Source: Candidatus Micrarchaeota archaeon
GTDB taxonomy: Archaea; B1Sed10-29
Assembly: GCA_964388265.1 (NCBI GenBank)
Contig: CAYLXZ010000005.1
Coordinates: 1 to 36,911 of the forward strand
DNA: 36,911 bases
Direction of reading: 5' to 3'
The notes beneath the pieces were generated by a model. The model made no database searches. It worked only from the letters and a program-made list of their open reading frames with translations, and was not told where the DNA came from. The position numbers and the translations under genes are program-made. Each line of letters opens with the position of its first letter. The first letter of the stretch is position 1. Positions 9,242 to 18,413 of this stretch are shown one piece after another.

Positions 9242-9460
9242 ACTTCTCACCTCTATAGTAATCCTAAGTGTATTATAGTAAACCTCACTTATAAAGGTTC
9301 TGTTTGTACTTGCAAACAATCTATTTGTGCTCTATAAATAGAGTGAGGGGTATCTGACGCCCCACTGTTGAACTTTTTGGTCGAATCCAATCCAAGACTT
9401 TGTAAACTCCCTGCAAAAAGGTTTTAAACAATCAACCACTAACTCTAAACGTGACCTGAA

Positions 9461-10078
9461 ATGAGTAAAAAATCCAGTAAGGAAGAAAAATACAGAAAAG
9501 CAAAGAAAAAAGCAGATATGCAGGGAGAGCTCCATCCCAAGGGAAAGAATACAGGGAAAACATACGAAGAACAAAAAAGAAAGAAACAAATAGAAAAAAA
9601 GCAGAAAAGAAAAGAACTTGAGGAATTAAAAGAACAAGTTATAAAAGGAAACAAGAGGATGAGGGAGTACATTGATAAAAGAGTAGAGGAAATAGATAAA
9701 AAAGAACTAATTCAATTCGAATCCATAGGGGAGTTAGCTGAACACTTAGAGAAAGAATTAAAAGAAGGATCTAAAAGAATATCTGATAAGAGAATAAATA
9801 AAAATACAGTCTACAGCCGTCTTCTAAAACGGAGGAAGAGAAATAAGGAATTTAAAAGAAAGATGGATTTAATTAAAGAACCAAAAGAAAGAAGAAAACT
9901 AAAAGTGTTCTCAACACCAAAAAACATATGGCGAACGATGAAAGAAGAAGACAAAAAACTAGTGAACGAAATGAAATCAAGCTTCAACCTAAACGAAGAA
10001 GAAGCCATAAAGATCTTCCAAGAATCTCGAGTAAAGGAAAAACCCATCACACAGATACTAAAAAAGAAACTAAAATAA
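9461..10078 (+). CDS. Hypothetical basic, Lys-rich protein
   Basis: 205 aa ORF with purine-rich coding-strand bias; no motif recognised. Confidence 0.7.
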   Translation: MSKKSSKEEKYRKAKKKADMQGELHPKGKNTGKTYEEQKRKKQIEKKQKRKELEELKEQVIKGNKRMREYIDKRVEEIDKKELIQFESIGELAEHLEKELKEGSKRISDKRINKNTVYSRLLKRRKRNKEFKRKMDLIKEPKERRKLKVFSTPKNIWRTMKEEDKKLVNEMKSSFNLNEEEAIKIFQESRVKEKPITQILKKKLK

Positions 10079-10107
10079 AATAGATAATTTTAACCGGAGG
10101 TGACAAT

Positions 10108-10464
10108 ATGAACTACCACGAGTACCTTGAAGAATGGTTCAACGACGAAACTGAAGAAGTAGGAATCTACATGGCGATGGCAAGGCAAGCAGAAAGAGAA
10201 GGATACCCAGAAATAGCCAGGCAATTCAAAGAAAACGCCATGGCGGAAGCAAGACACGCAGGAATAGCAGCAGAACTAGCAGGAAAAGTAGGAAACACTA
10301 AACAGAATCTAGAGAAAATGATCGGAGGAGAAGACAACGCCAACAAAACAAGACTAGAAATAGCCGAAGAACAAGACGAACCCGAGAAATCCTACCTCAT
10401 AACCACAGCAGAAGACGAAGAAAGACACAAGAAAGCACTAAAAGGCCTAAAAGAAAACCTCTAA
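10108..10464 (+). CDS. Short rubrerythrin/ferritin-like di-iron protein (no rubredoxin domain)
   Basis: YMAMARQAEREGYPEIA, EARH and EERH di-iron motifs; GGAGGTGA SD. Confidence 0.88.
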   Translation: MNYHEYLEEWFNDETEEVGIYMAMARQAEREGYPEIARQFKENAMAEARHAGIAAELAGKVGNTKQNLEKMIGGEDNANKTRLEIAEEQDEPEKSYLITTAEDEERHKKALKGLKENL

Positions 10465-10466
10465 AC

Positions 10467-10490
10467 CACTTTCCCCTTTCTTTTTCCATT
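10467..10490 (+). terminator. Pyrimidine/oligo-T terminator after the rubrerythrin-like gene
   Basis: CCACTTTCCCCTTTCTTTTTCC directly after the stop codon. Confidence 0.5.
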
Positions 10491-10555
10491 ATCCTAGAGA
10501 AAACCCTGGAAGAAATAAAAAAAGAAAAAGTGAAGAGTTTACATAGAAACTATTT

Positions 10556-10969
10556 CTATGATGTTTCACATTGGCTGTACATCTCCATGCCTGTGTCCGC
10601 GTTTGTTACTACAGAACAGGTTTTATCCTTGTCTTCGGTGTAGTAATAGTCAATCTTCATCGTCTGTCCCTCGGAAGTTGTCCATTCGTGCACTGCATGG
10701 CACATTTGATCTCCATCATAGGTAGTTATGCCTTTTACTTCTCCTGAACCAGTTGCTTCTCCTCCTGTTGCGGTTCCTGAGTAGCTCCATTCGTCTCCTG
10801 TATCACACCAGTCTGTTCCAGCGGTTCCTCCGGTTGTTCCACCTGTTTCTTCTTCGGTTTCTCCATTGGTTTCTGGTGCTTCTACTTCTGGTGCTCCTCC
10901 TACGCATCCTGAAACTAAGAATAGAGACAATGCGAGTGCTATTCCTATTACAAGTAGTTTGCTTTTCAT
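10556..10969 (-). CDS. Hypothetical lipoprotein (137 aa)
   Basis: MKSKLL...LVSGC lipobox, acidic/Gly linker, 4-Cys beta-rich domain. Confidence 0.85.
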   Translation of the reverse strand: MKSKLLVIGIALALSLFLVSGCVGGAPEVEAPETNGETEEETGGTTGGTAGTDWCDTGDEWSYSGTATGGEATGSGEVKGITTYDGDQMCHAVHEWTTSEGQTMKIDYYYTEDKDKTCSVVTNADTGMEMYSQCETS

Positions 10970-10989
10970 TTATTCACCTCCATGAATCT
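10875..10989. repeat. 115-bp direct repeat, copy 1 (leader + SD + signal peptide)
   Basis: Matches 11945-12059 at 114/115 positions. Confidence 0.95.
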
Positions 10990-11118
10990 ATATTTAGAAA
11001 TACTCGGAGAGTACTTAAATAACCTTGGTTTAAGAAAAGTTTGGAGTTACCTGAAAAGAAAAATAAGAAAGAGATTCCCTGCAAGGTTGATTTAACTGCA
11101 GGGTTTCTAAGCTTGGTT

Positions 11119-12039
11119 TTAGTAGCTTGGTGTTTCTGCTACGTTCTCTGGGTGGAATGTGTTGTCTTCAAAAGTTGGATTCACTTCTATGTTGTAGAAG
11201 GTGAAGGTGTTTCCGTCTGGTCCTTCGGTAGTTAGTTCTCCTGATTCCCATCCTGACATGTAATCCACATAGTTCTTTAGGCTTGTGCTATGTGTGTCCC
11301 AATTGTCTTCAAAACTCATACTTGGGAACGCTGAGAAACTGTACCATTGTCCTTCTACTTTCATCCATCCACCGTTTTCCTTTTCGCTGAGTATGAATAC
11401 TCCTTCAGAGGTCTCTAGATTTATTTCTGTTTCGTTTGTTCCTATGTTTCTTGCTTTGTATTCTAGTGTTCTAGTTCCATTAAAGTCTGGTCCTTCTGCG
11501 TCTACGGAGAACGATATGCTTCCACCACTGGATATTAGTGCTTCCTCTGTTTCCTCAGTTTCTTCTTCGGTCTCTGTTTCATTCTCTGTGGTCTCTTCTT
11601 CTGTTTCGGATAGGGTTCCGCTCCATTCTCCTGATCCTATGTCTTGTTTGCTGCTCCATGTTCCTGAGATTGAGTCTCCTGAAATGGTTCCTGTCCAGGT
11701 TACCTGGTATCCTTGGGCTGTTCCGCTGGCTTCTAACTCTCCTTCTGAAATCGAACCATCTAGGGATCCTACTGCGTCTCCTGAAAAGCTTCCTGTAGCT
11801 GTTCCTTCATCAGAGTTCACTGTTAGTTCGAAGTTTCCTCCTACTTGTGAACCTAGCCAGTTACCTGACCATGTTCCTGTGTAGGTATTTGTTCCTGCCT
11901 GATCTGTTTCTTCTGGGGTTTCTCCTGTTTCTCCACCTGTTCCAGGTGCTTCTACTTCTGGTGCTCCGCCTACGCATCCTGAAACTAAGAATAGAGACAA
12001 TGCGAGTGCTATTCCTATTACAAGTAGTTTGCTTTTCAT
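11119..12039 (-). CDS. Hypothetical lipoprotein (306 aa), two beta-rich domains with acidic linker
   Basis: Same N-terminal 32 aa as the neighbour; GTW-repeat beta domain followed by a second domain. Confidence 0.85.
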   Translation of the reverse strand: MKSKLLVIGIALALSLFLVSGCVGGAPEVEAPGTGGETGETPEETDQAGTNTYTGTWSGNWLGSQVGGNFELTVNSDEGTATGSFSGDAVGSLDGSISEGELEASGTAQGYQVTWTGTISGDSISGTWSSKQDIGSGEWSGTLSETEEETTENETETEEETEETEEALISSGGSISFSVDAEGPDFNGTRTLEYKARNIGTNETEINLETSEGVFILSEKENGGWMKVEGQWYSFSAFPSMSFEDNWDTHSTSLKNYVDYMSGWESGELTTEGPDGNTFTFYNIEVNPTFEDNTFHPENVAETPSY

Positions 12040-12059
12040 TTATTCACCTCCATGAATCT
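11945..12059. repeat. 115-bp direct repeat, copy 2
   Basis: Matches 10875-10989; single mismatch (11968 G vs 10898 T). Confidence 0.95.
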
Positions 12060-12115
12060 TACGTAGATAACTAAAGAGACACTTAAATAACTTCGGTTTA
12101 AAGATTTGTTTAAGG

Positions 12116-12502
12116 CTAGTTTTTCTTCTTAAAGAACAGCCAGTTCTCCTGGTTTTCATCACCCATATCCGTCTTCAGTAACACGTATTCTCCTTTCAAC
12201 TCATCACCATGGATCTCGAACACTATCTTCTCGTCTTTAACATCTATAGGTTCGAAGGTTCCTTTGTCCCAGATCTCAACGGTTCCAGCTCCGTACTGGC
12301 CTTCAGGAATTACTCCTTCGAAGTCAGCGTAGTTCAAGTCATGGTCCTGTACCTTGATAGCTAGTCTCTTGGTTCCAGGTTCCTTTGGAGGTTTCTTTGG
12401 AACGGCCCAGCTCCATAGCGCTCCTTCAAACTCTAGTCTTAAATCATAATGTAGGTTCGAGGCATCGTGTTTCTGGATCACGTAGATTCTATCATCAGAC
12501 AT
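12116..12502 (-). CDS. Stand-alone LigD 3'-phosphoesterase (PE) domain protein
   Basis: YVIQKHDASNLHYDLRLE, SWAVPK, KRLAI...DHDLNYADFEGVIPEGQYGAGTVEIWDKG signature. Confidence 0.93.
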   Translation of the reverse strand: MSDDRIYVIQKHDASNLHYDLRLEFEGALWSWAVPKKPPKEPGTKRLAIKVQDHDLNYADFEGVIPEGQYGAGTVEIWDKGTFEPIDVKDEKIVFEIHGDELKGEYVLLKTDMGDENQENWLFFKKKN

Positions 12503-12655
12503 CTATCCATCCTCCATTTATCTTCTTAGTTCGCTGTACTAGTTTTCATTCCTATGTATAAATCAATGAAAAAGAATTTTTATTCCTCATGGTTCCAGAA
12601 AGATTTGAAGTAAAGATTAAATAGTAGAATGAATTTTGTATACCTGGTGATGATG

Positions 12656-12961
12656 ATGAGGAATGAAATATATGAAAAGAAGAAAAAGAAAGAAGAAAGT
12701 AAGGCTCAGAAAACGGCTAGACGGATAAAAGATCTAGATAAAACAGTTAAGAAGAATGTGGAAGTTAATATAGAGAGGATATTAAAGTCCGATGCCTCAA
12801 GTAAAAAGAAATCCCGAGAGATAAATCAAACACTAGATATGATGAATGTTCAGGGTAAAGAAAGAGAAAAATTCGTAGAGAACCTCGCAAAAGAAATAGA
12901 AGAAAAAGAAGCTAAGAGAGAAAACTTCAATGAAGTGTTAAGGAGACTGAGAAAAAGCTAG
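12656..12961 (+). CDS. Hypothetical charged protein
   Basis: ORF with GGTGAT SD before the ATG cluster at 12650-12656; exact start uncertain. Confidence 0.6.
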   Translation: MRNEIYEKKKKKEESKAQKTARRIKDLDKTVKKNVEVNIERILKSDASSKKKSREINQTLDMMNVQGKEREKFVENLAKEIEEKEAKRENFNEVLRRLRKS

Positions 12962-12965
12962 GTGG

Positions 12966-13451
12966 TCATCTCCACCATTCAGGTTTATTATCTGCTTTCT
13001 TCCATTCCGCGAAGCTGCATTTCTCATTCCTGTAATAATCTCTATATGCTTCTACCACGTCTTCTTTCTTGTATTCCTCGGGCATTGCCAGTGCAAAAGT
13101 TGTTCTTTCTTCTTTCAGCTTCTCTTCAGGGAAGCTAGGTAGTTTCTCTAGGTAGGGTAAGAGTTCTCTACATCCATGTTCGTTTCCGTATCTTTCTTTG
13201 AACTCATCTAGAAGGGCTTTGAAGTGTTTCACTGTCCATCTGTAGTTCGCTGAGTTTTCTCTCACCCATTTGCTGCATGGGTGGTTTACGTGTGTCTTCC
13301 CGTAGATTTTTCCTTTATCTACATCAGTTCCTATTACTTGGTGTGCTGTGCTGAGCATTTGAGCTGTTTCCAGTGGCATCTTCACTATGTGCTGGTCGCA
13401 CTGCATTCTAGCAGCTTTTACAGGATCTTTATCCAGTACGAATATATTCAT
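12966..13451 (-). CDS. Pyrimidine-dimer DNA glycosylase / T4 endonuclease V-like protein
   Basis: MNIFVLD...DQHIVKMPLETAQMLS, THVNHPCSKWVRENSANYRW and AMPEEYK...AYRDYY motifs. Confidence 0.82.
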   Translation of the reverse strand: MNIFVLDKDPVKAARMQCDQHIVKMPLETAQMLSTAHQVIGTDVDKGKIYGKTHVNHPCSKWVRENSANYRWTVKHFKALLDEFKERYGNEHGCRELLPYLEKLPSFPEEKLKEERTTFALAMPEEYKKEDVVEAYRDYYRNEKCSFAEWKKADNKPEWWR

Positions 13452-13544
13452 GTTTAAATTACTGCTGGAGAGAGATAAATAAATTAGGAATATAGAAAAC
13501 CAACTTATAAATTACTCCTTTTATTTACTTAACTAGGGAGTCAA

Positions 13545-15752
13545 ATGACTGAGGAAGAAACAGGTTCACGTAGCTTCGGAGCATTCGCAGGAGTATTCGT
13601 ACCTACATTCCTAAGCATTGTAGGGGTAATACTCTTCCTAAGACTAGGTTACATAGTCGGAGAAGCAGGTTTACTCGCAACTATACTCATCATACTACTA
13701 GCAGTGTCCGTGAGCCTAGCCACAGGACTAGCACTAAGCTCGATAGTTAGTAATATAAAGATAGGAGCGGGAGGAGCCTATTCCATAATCACAAAGACGT
13801 TGGGGCTGGAAATAGGGGGAAGCATAGGCATACCGCTTTACCTGGCTCAAACTCTATCCGTAGCTCTATATCTATTCGGTTTTGCAGAAGCATGGCACTT
13901 CATATTCCCAAGCCATGGCATAGGGTTGGTGGCTATAGCCGCGTTCTTGGTTCTGTTCGCGATTGTGTTCCTGAGCACTAAAATCGCTGTTAAAGTACAG
14001 ATAGGGGTATTTGTACTGATTTGTGTATCTTTAGTAGCTGTCTTCCTAGGTGGCATCTCCTTGGGGGGAAGTGTAACCACAAGCAGCGTGAATATATCTC
14101 TGAGCAGCGTGGGTAACATACCTTTCTGGACTCTGTTCGCCATATTCTTCCCAGCCGTCACTGGTTTGATGTCTGGGATAGGTATGTCTGGGGAACTGAG
14201 CAACCCGAAGAAACAGATACCTAAAGGAGTACTGTACGGTTTAGGCATAACCACCTTCATATACCTGGCTACCGCTGTATGGCTAGCTCTATCAGCATCT
14301 AGAGAAGCTCTCGCAACTAATAACCTTATGATAGCAGAGATAGCTATCTCTCCTGAGTTAGTAATCGTAGGTATACTGGCAGCTACCTTCTCCAGCGGGC
14401 TAACCATGATCATTGCAGCTCCCAGGGTACTTCAAGCAATGGGTAAAAATTCTATACTTCCAGGGAGCGAGTTCTTCACAAAGAGAACCTCTAAAGGAGA
14501 GCCAAGGAACGCGGTACTTGTAACAGGAGCCATAGTAGCTTTTGCAATACTGTTCGGGAACCTTGATTCGGTTGCTCAAGTGCTAACCATGTTTTTCCTC
14601 GTTACCTATGCCATGATAAACGTATCAGTCTTCATAGAGCAATACCTAGGGTTAAGAAGCTTCAGACCAACCTTCAAAGTACCTAAAATAGTTTCTCTCT
14701 ACGGAGCACTAGGTTCCTTTACTCTCATGTTCCTGATTAATCCATATGCAGGTCTCATAGCCATCATATTCCTAATCGGAGTTTACACCTACCTCGCCCA
14801 CAAATCCTTCAAACACAAGCCAGGTGACGTGAGGTCAGGTCTATTCAGATCCATCTCAGAATGGGCAGCTCAAAAAACCCGCAGACTACCCGAATCAACC
14901 GGCCACACCTGGAAACCCAACATACTCATACCTGTACTCACCACAAGGACACTCAGGGGGAACTTCCCCTTAATAAAATCCATAGCCCACCCCCACGGAA
15001 CCATGACCGTGCTAGGATTCAGATTAAAGGAAGATATAGAGAAAAACCCAGAGAAAGAAGACATCACAAAACAAGAAATAGAGGAAGAGTTAGAAGAACT
15101 ACCGGAACTCGTGGATAAATTCAGTGAAAAAGGAATATTCACATCATACTCAACCATAGACGCAGATGACTACACTAACTCCGTCATAGTCTCCCTAGAA
15201 GCCATCCAGAGCCAAGTATTCGCACCGAACATCTTATTCCTACCCTATAAACCACATGAAATACATAAAAACGACCTTCAAGACATAATTAAAGCCGCAG
15301 ATGAAAATAACTCAGGCGTAGCAATATTCGACAGAGACAAAGAGGTAGGACTAGGTACAGAGGAAGACGTACATGTCTGGATATCACCAAAAACCCTTGA
15401 ACACGGCTTATTCAAATACAGATACTACGATCTAGCACTACTAATGGCGTACAGCATCAAGAAAAACTGGAAAGGAACCATACACCTCTGGATGTGCGTG
15501 GACGAAGAAAAAGAGAAAAAAGCCAAGAAGTACCTCAACAACCTTCTCTACGAAGCAAGATTCCCCCACTCAACGGACATCAACATAGTGAACCAAGACT
15601 TCGAAGAGACACTAGATGACGCTCCAGACGGAGACATCCACATAATTCCATTCGAAAAAGACGACGTTGACTCAATCACCAAGATAGCAAAGAGAGAAGA
15701 CAAATCCTACCTGTTCGTACTTGACTCCACGCAAGAAAGCGTACTGGCTTAA
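13545..15752 (+). CDS. Cation-chloride cotransporter (CCC/SLC12-like, APC superfamily)
   Basis: FGAFAGVFVP...ILFLRLG, GGAYSII...LGLEIGGSIG, FAIFFPAVTG...SGEL, APRVLQA, FRPTF and WKPNIL motifs; large soluble C-terminal domain. Confidence 0.9.
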   Translation: MTEEETGSRSFGAFAGVFVPTFLSIVGVILFLRLGYIVGEAGLLATILIILLAVSVSLATGLALSSIVSNIKIGAGGAYSIITKTLGLEIGGSIGIPLYLAQTLSVALYLFGFAEAWHFIFPSHGIGLVAIAAFLVLFAIVFLSTKIAVKVQIGVFVLICVSLVAVFLGGISLGGSVTTSSVNISLSSVGNIPFWTLFAIFFPAVTGLMSGIGMSGELSNPKKQIPKGVLYGLGITTFIYLATAVWLALSASREALATNNLMIAEIAISPELVIVGILAATFSSGLTMIIAAPRVLQAMGKNSILPGSEFFTKRTSKGEPRNAVLVTGAIVAFAILFGNLDSVAQVLTMFFLVTYAMINVSVFIEQYLGLRSFRPTFKVPKIVSLYGALGSFTLMFLINPYAGLIAIIFLIGVYTYLAHKSFKHKPGDVRSGLFRSISEWAAQKTRRLPESTGHTWKPNILIPVLTTRTLRGNFPLIKSIAHPHGTMTVLGFRLKEDIEKNPEKEDITKQEIEEELEELPELVDKFSEKGIFTSYSTIDADDYTNSVIVSLEAIQSQVFAPNILFLPYKPHEIHKNDLQDIIKAADENNSGVAIFDRDKEVGLGTEEDVHVWISPKTLEHGLFKYRYYDLALLMAYSIKKNWKGTIHLWMCVDEEKEKKAKKYLNNLLYEARFPHSTDINIVNQDFEETLDDAPDGDIHIIPFEKDDVDSITKIAKREDKSYLFVLDSTQESVLA

Positions 15753-15790
15753 ATCCCAATCATTATAAAGCCAATGAACCTTATGTAAAT

Positions 15791-16267
15791 ATGAGGATCA
15801 AGGATATTGGGAAGGCACTTGGAGCAATACTATTCTGCCAGCTCGCAGGGATAATAGGGTCTCTCTCCACTTCCTCAGCAGGGAAAGCATGGTACGCTAC
15901 AATACAGAAACCATGGTTCACACCACCAAGCTGGGTATTCGCACCAGTATGGACAACCCTATACGTCCTCATGGGAATAGCACTCTACCTAGTACTGAAA
16001 AAAGGACTAACAACCAAATACGTTAAGAGAGCAATAGCATTATTCGGAATACAATTAGGATTAAATACAGTTTGGTCTCCGGCATTCTTCAGCCTCAAAA
16101 ACCCACTGCTGGGTCTAATCGTGATACTATTCCTCATAGCATTCCTAGTACCAACCATATACTACTTCTATAAAATCAGAAAAGAAGCAGGATTACTATT
16201 AATCCCCTACATAGTCTGGGTAGGTATAGCCACTGCGCTTAACTACTCAATCTGGATCATTAACTAA
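15791..16267 (+). CDS. tspO: TspO/MBR family tryptophan-rich sensory protein
   Basis: WYATIQKPWFTPPSWVFAPVWTTLY; LLIPYIVWVGIATALN. Confidence 0.95.
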   Translation: MRIKDIGKALGAILFCQLAGIIGSLSTSSAGKAWYATIQKPWFTPPSWVFAPVWTTLYVLMGIALYLVLKKGLTTKYVKRAIALFGIQLGLNTVWSPAFFSLKNPLLGLIVILFLIAFLVPTIYYFYKIRKEAGLLLIPYIVWVGIATALNYSIWIIN

Positions 16268-16313
16268 AACACCAGAAATATAAAGAGAGAAATATTTATA
16301 AGAACGTGGTTCA

Positions 16314-16532
16314 ATGAAGAAAATAGTTTTGGAGAAGATAGCTTCCCTGATGACAGCTGCATTCGGTCTAGTAGCTGCACTAGCATGGAACGATGCGATA
16401 AAGACCCTGTTCAGTGAAGTATTCGGAAAAACAGATACACTTGTTCCAATGTTCATCTATGCCGTGATAGTGACACTCGTAGCTGTCTTCGCCATGATAT
16501 GGATAGGTAGAATAGCTGAAAAGAAAGAATAA
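16314..16532 (+). CDS. Small 2-TM membrane protein (DUF5654-like)
   Basis: LMTAAFGLVAALAWNDAIK motif. Confidence 0.8.
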   Translation: MKKIVLEKIASLMTAAFGLVAALAWNDAIKTLFSEVFGKTDTLVPMFIYAVIVTLVAVFAMIWIGRIAEKKE

Positions 16533-16536
16533 AAAC

Positions 16537-16812
16537 TTATTCACGGGGTTCACGGATCTGGACAATGTATCTCCTGTCAGGAGATGGAGATATCTTAAGT
16601 ACTACTTCTTTCTCCAGTGAATAGTATTTCCTACGATTCTTCTTCTCCGTGGATACTATTCCTTCTTCCTCCAGTTTATCCAGATGATGCTTCGCTGTCT
16701 TACCATCCAAACCCACCTTCTCCATGATCTCCGACACATACATATCTCTTCTGGATAACTGATGAAGAATCTTCAGTCTAGCTTTGGATCCAATTACCTC
16801 AAGAATATCTAT
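16537..16812 (-). CDS. ArsR-family winged-HTH regulator; start probably ATA at 16812
   Basis: GSKARLKILHQL...YVSEI...HHLDKLEEEGIV...RRKYYSL. The GTG at 16821 lies inside the GGAGGTG SD. Confidence 0.85.
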   Translation of the reverse strand: MDILEVIGSKARLKILHQLSRRDMYVSEIMEKVGLDGKTAKHHLDKLEEEGIVSTEKKNRRKYYSLEKEVVLKISPSPDRRYIVQIREPRE

Positions 16813-16892
16813 GGAAACCACCTCCTACACGTAGTAAATTCCTAAGAAACTTTATATATCTCGATTTATTTAAAGGTAACAGGTGATACAAA

Positions 16893-17186
16893 ATGGCTGA
16901 AATAAAAACAGAAGATAAAGAACAGAAAAGAATAGTTACAGAAGGAGACATGGAACACGAAGCATACCTAGAAAGAGAAAAGATAGCAGAATTCCTCATT
17001 GAACTGGGAAAACAAATGAAAGAACAAGACAAAGTGAATATAGAGACACAGGAATGGAAGATACCCTTCAAATTCAGGTCACCGGTAAAACTAGAGATAG
17101 ACTTCGAAGGATACGGAGAAAGAGAACTAGAGATAGAGCTAGAGATGAAAGGAAAAGACGAAGAAGAAGCACCAACCGTATCCTAA
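16893..17186 (+). CDS. Amphi-Trp domain protein
   Basis: REKIAEFLIELGKQM...VKLEIDFE...ELEIELE pattern; divergent from the ArsR gene. Confidence 0.7.
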   Translation: MAEIKTEDKEQKRIVTEGDMEHEAYLEREKIAEFLIELGKQMKEQDKVNIETQEWKIPFKFRSPVKLEIDFEGYGERELEIELEMKGKDEEEAPTVS

Positions 17187-17255
17187 ACCCTTTCTTTATC
17201 TTATCCACCCCATAGATATAAATTACTAAAATAAGAATATTACACGGAGATAAAA

Positions 17256-17564
17256 ATGGTTAAAAAATCCAAATCAAGAAACATCCCGAAGGCCCAGAAA
17301 AAAGTGGAGAAGAGCAAGGAAGAAAAGGCTAGAATGAAGGAGGAACTAAAGCAGATCAAAGAGAAATTAAAAGAAGCAGAAAAGATATACAAAGAAGGAA
17401 AAGAAAAACTAGATAAGGAAAAGCAAGAAGCCACTGGAGAAGAAAAAGAAAAAATTCAGGAAAAAATTGAAGATATGGAGAATCGACTAGAAGCAACTAG
17501 AGAAGAAGTAAAGAGAGCTAAGAAAGAAATCGAAAAGATAGAAACACCAGAAGAGCTAAAGTAA
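17256..17564 (+). CDS. Hypothetical Lys/Glu-rich coiled-coil protein
   Basis: GGAGAT SD; heptad-like charged sequence. Confidence 0.7.
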   Translation: MVKKSKSRNIPKAQKKVEKSKEEKARMKEELKQIKEKLKEAEKIYKEGKEKLDKEKQEATGEEKEKIQEKIEDMENRLEATREEVKRAKKEIEKIETPEELK

Positions 17565-17588
17565 AAAAGTAAACTAGGAAAGAGAAAA

Positions 17589-18389
17589 ATGCTCTACACA
17601 TCCAACTCCTTCACAATCACCTATCCTCTAGAAGAAGCAGATGTAGTTCTACTAGGAATACCCTTTGACTCAACTGCTCCCTCTGAGGGAGGTCAGAGAT
17701 ATGGGCCGCTTACGATTAGAGAGGCTCTTAAACATAGAATAAGTTACCAAGAAGATTTAGAGAAGAATCCTTTAAAGGATCTGAAGATACATGATCTAGG
17801 AGATCTTACAATAGTTCCAGGAGACTATGAAGAAACTGAAAGAAGGATTAAAGAAACAACAAAAGAAGCTAAACAAGTTAACGAAGACGCCTTTATGGTC
17901 TTCCTCGGTGGTGAACATACAGTTTCCCTGGGAACAGTTAAATCACTGGAACCAAAGACAGTAGTACAACTAGATGCTCATAAAGACCTTACTAAAGACG
18001 TGGGCGGCAATGAATACGCTATTAGCACTTGGGCAAGAAAAATACCGGAAGAAACTGATTTAATCCAAGCAGGAATAAGAGAATGGACGAAAGAAGAAGG
18101 AGAAATGGCAGTAAAAAAATTAGATGATTTAGAAGATGCTTCCGAACCCATTTACCTAACAATAGATATAGATGTCCTGGACCCAGCATATGCCCCAGAT
18201 GTTGGATACCCAGAACCCAATGGATTAACACCAGGTGAACTGGATGATTTACTCGACCGAATATTCGAGAAAGAAGTAATTGGAATGGATATATGTGAAG
18301 TAGCATCCAAGGAAATCAATAACAGAACAAGCTACCTAGCCGGATGGCTACTGCTCAGATCACTATCCTACTACACCAAAAATATTTAA
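17589..18389 (+). CDS. Ureohydrolase (agmatinase/arginase family)
   Basis: GIPFDST, GGEHTVS, DAHKD, DIDVLDP and DICEV motifs; the usual SH-x-T histidine is absent. Confidence 0.88.
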   Translation: MLYTSNSFTITYPLEEADVVLLGIPFDSTAPSEGGQRYGPLTIREALKHRISYQEDLEKNPLKDLKIHDLGDLTIVPGDYEETERRIKETTKEAKQVNEDAFMVFLGGEHTVSLGTVKSLEPKTVVQLDAHKDLTKDVGGNEYAISTWARKIPEETDLIQAGIREWTKEEGEMAVKKLDDLEDASEPIYLTIDIDVLDPAYAPDVGYPEPNGLTPGELDDLLDRIFEKEVIGMDICEVASKEINNRTSYLAGWLLLRSLSYYTKNI

Positions 18390-18413
18390 GTATCATTACT
18401 CTAAATCAAATAG

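Noticed and set aside
9341..9366. Hairpin AGTGAGGGG...CCCCACT as an IS end
   Set aside because: Single short imperfect stem with no partner end or transposase.
10498..10508. Possible target of the putative guide (AGGGTTTTCT also at 9005-9014)
   Set aside because: Only 10 nt of low-complexity match, occurring more than once; expected by chance.
10991..11010. Similarity (reverse complement) to 35499-35520 as a shared operator
   Set aside because: Needs a 2-nt gap, is AT-rich and sits at different positions relative to the TATA boxes; not distinguishable from chance.
12116..12502. Complete NHEJ system
   Set aside because: Only the PE domain is present; no Ku, ligase or polymerase domain in the window.
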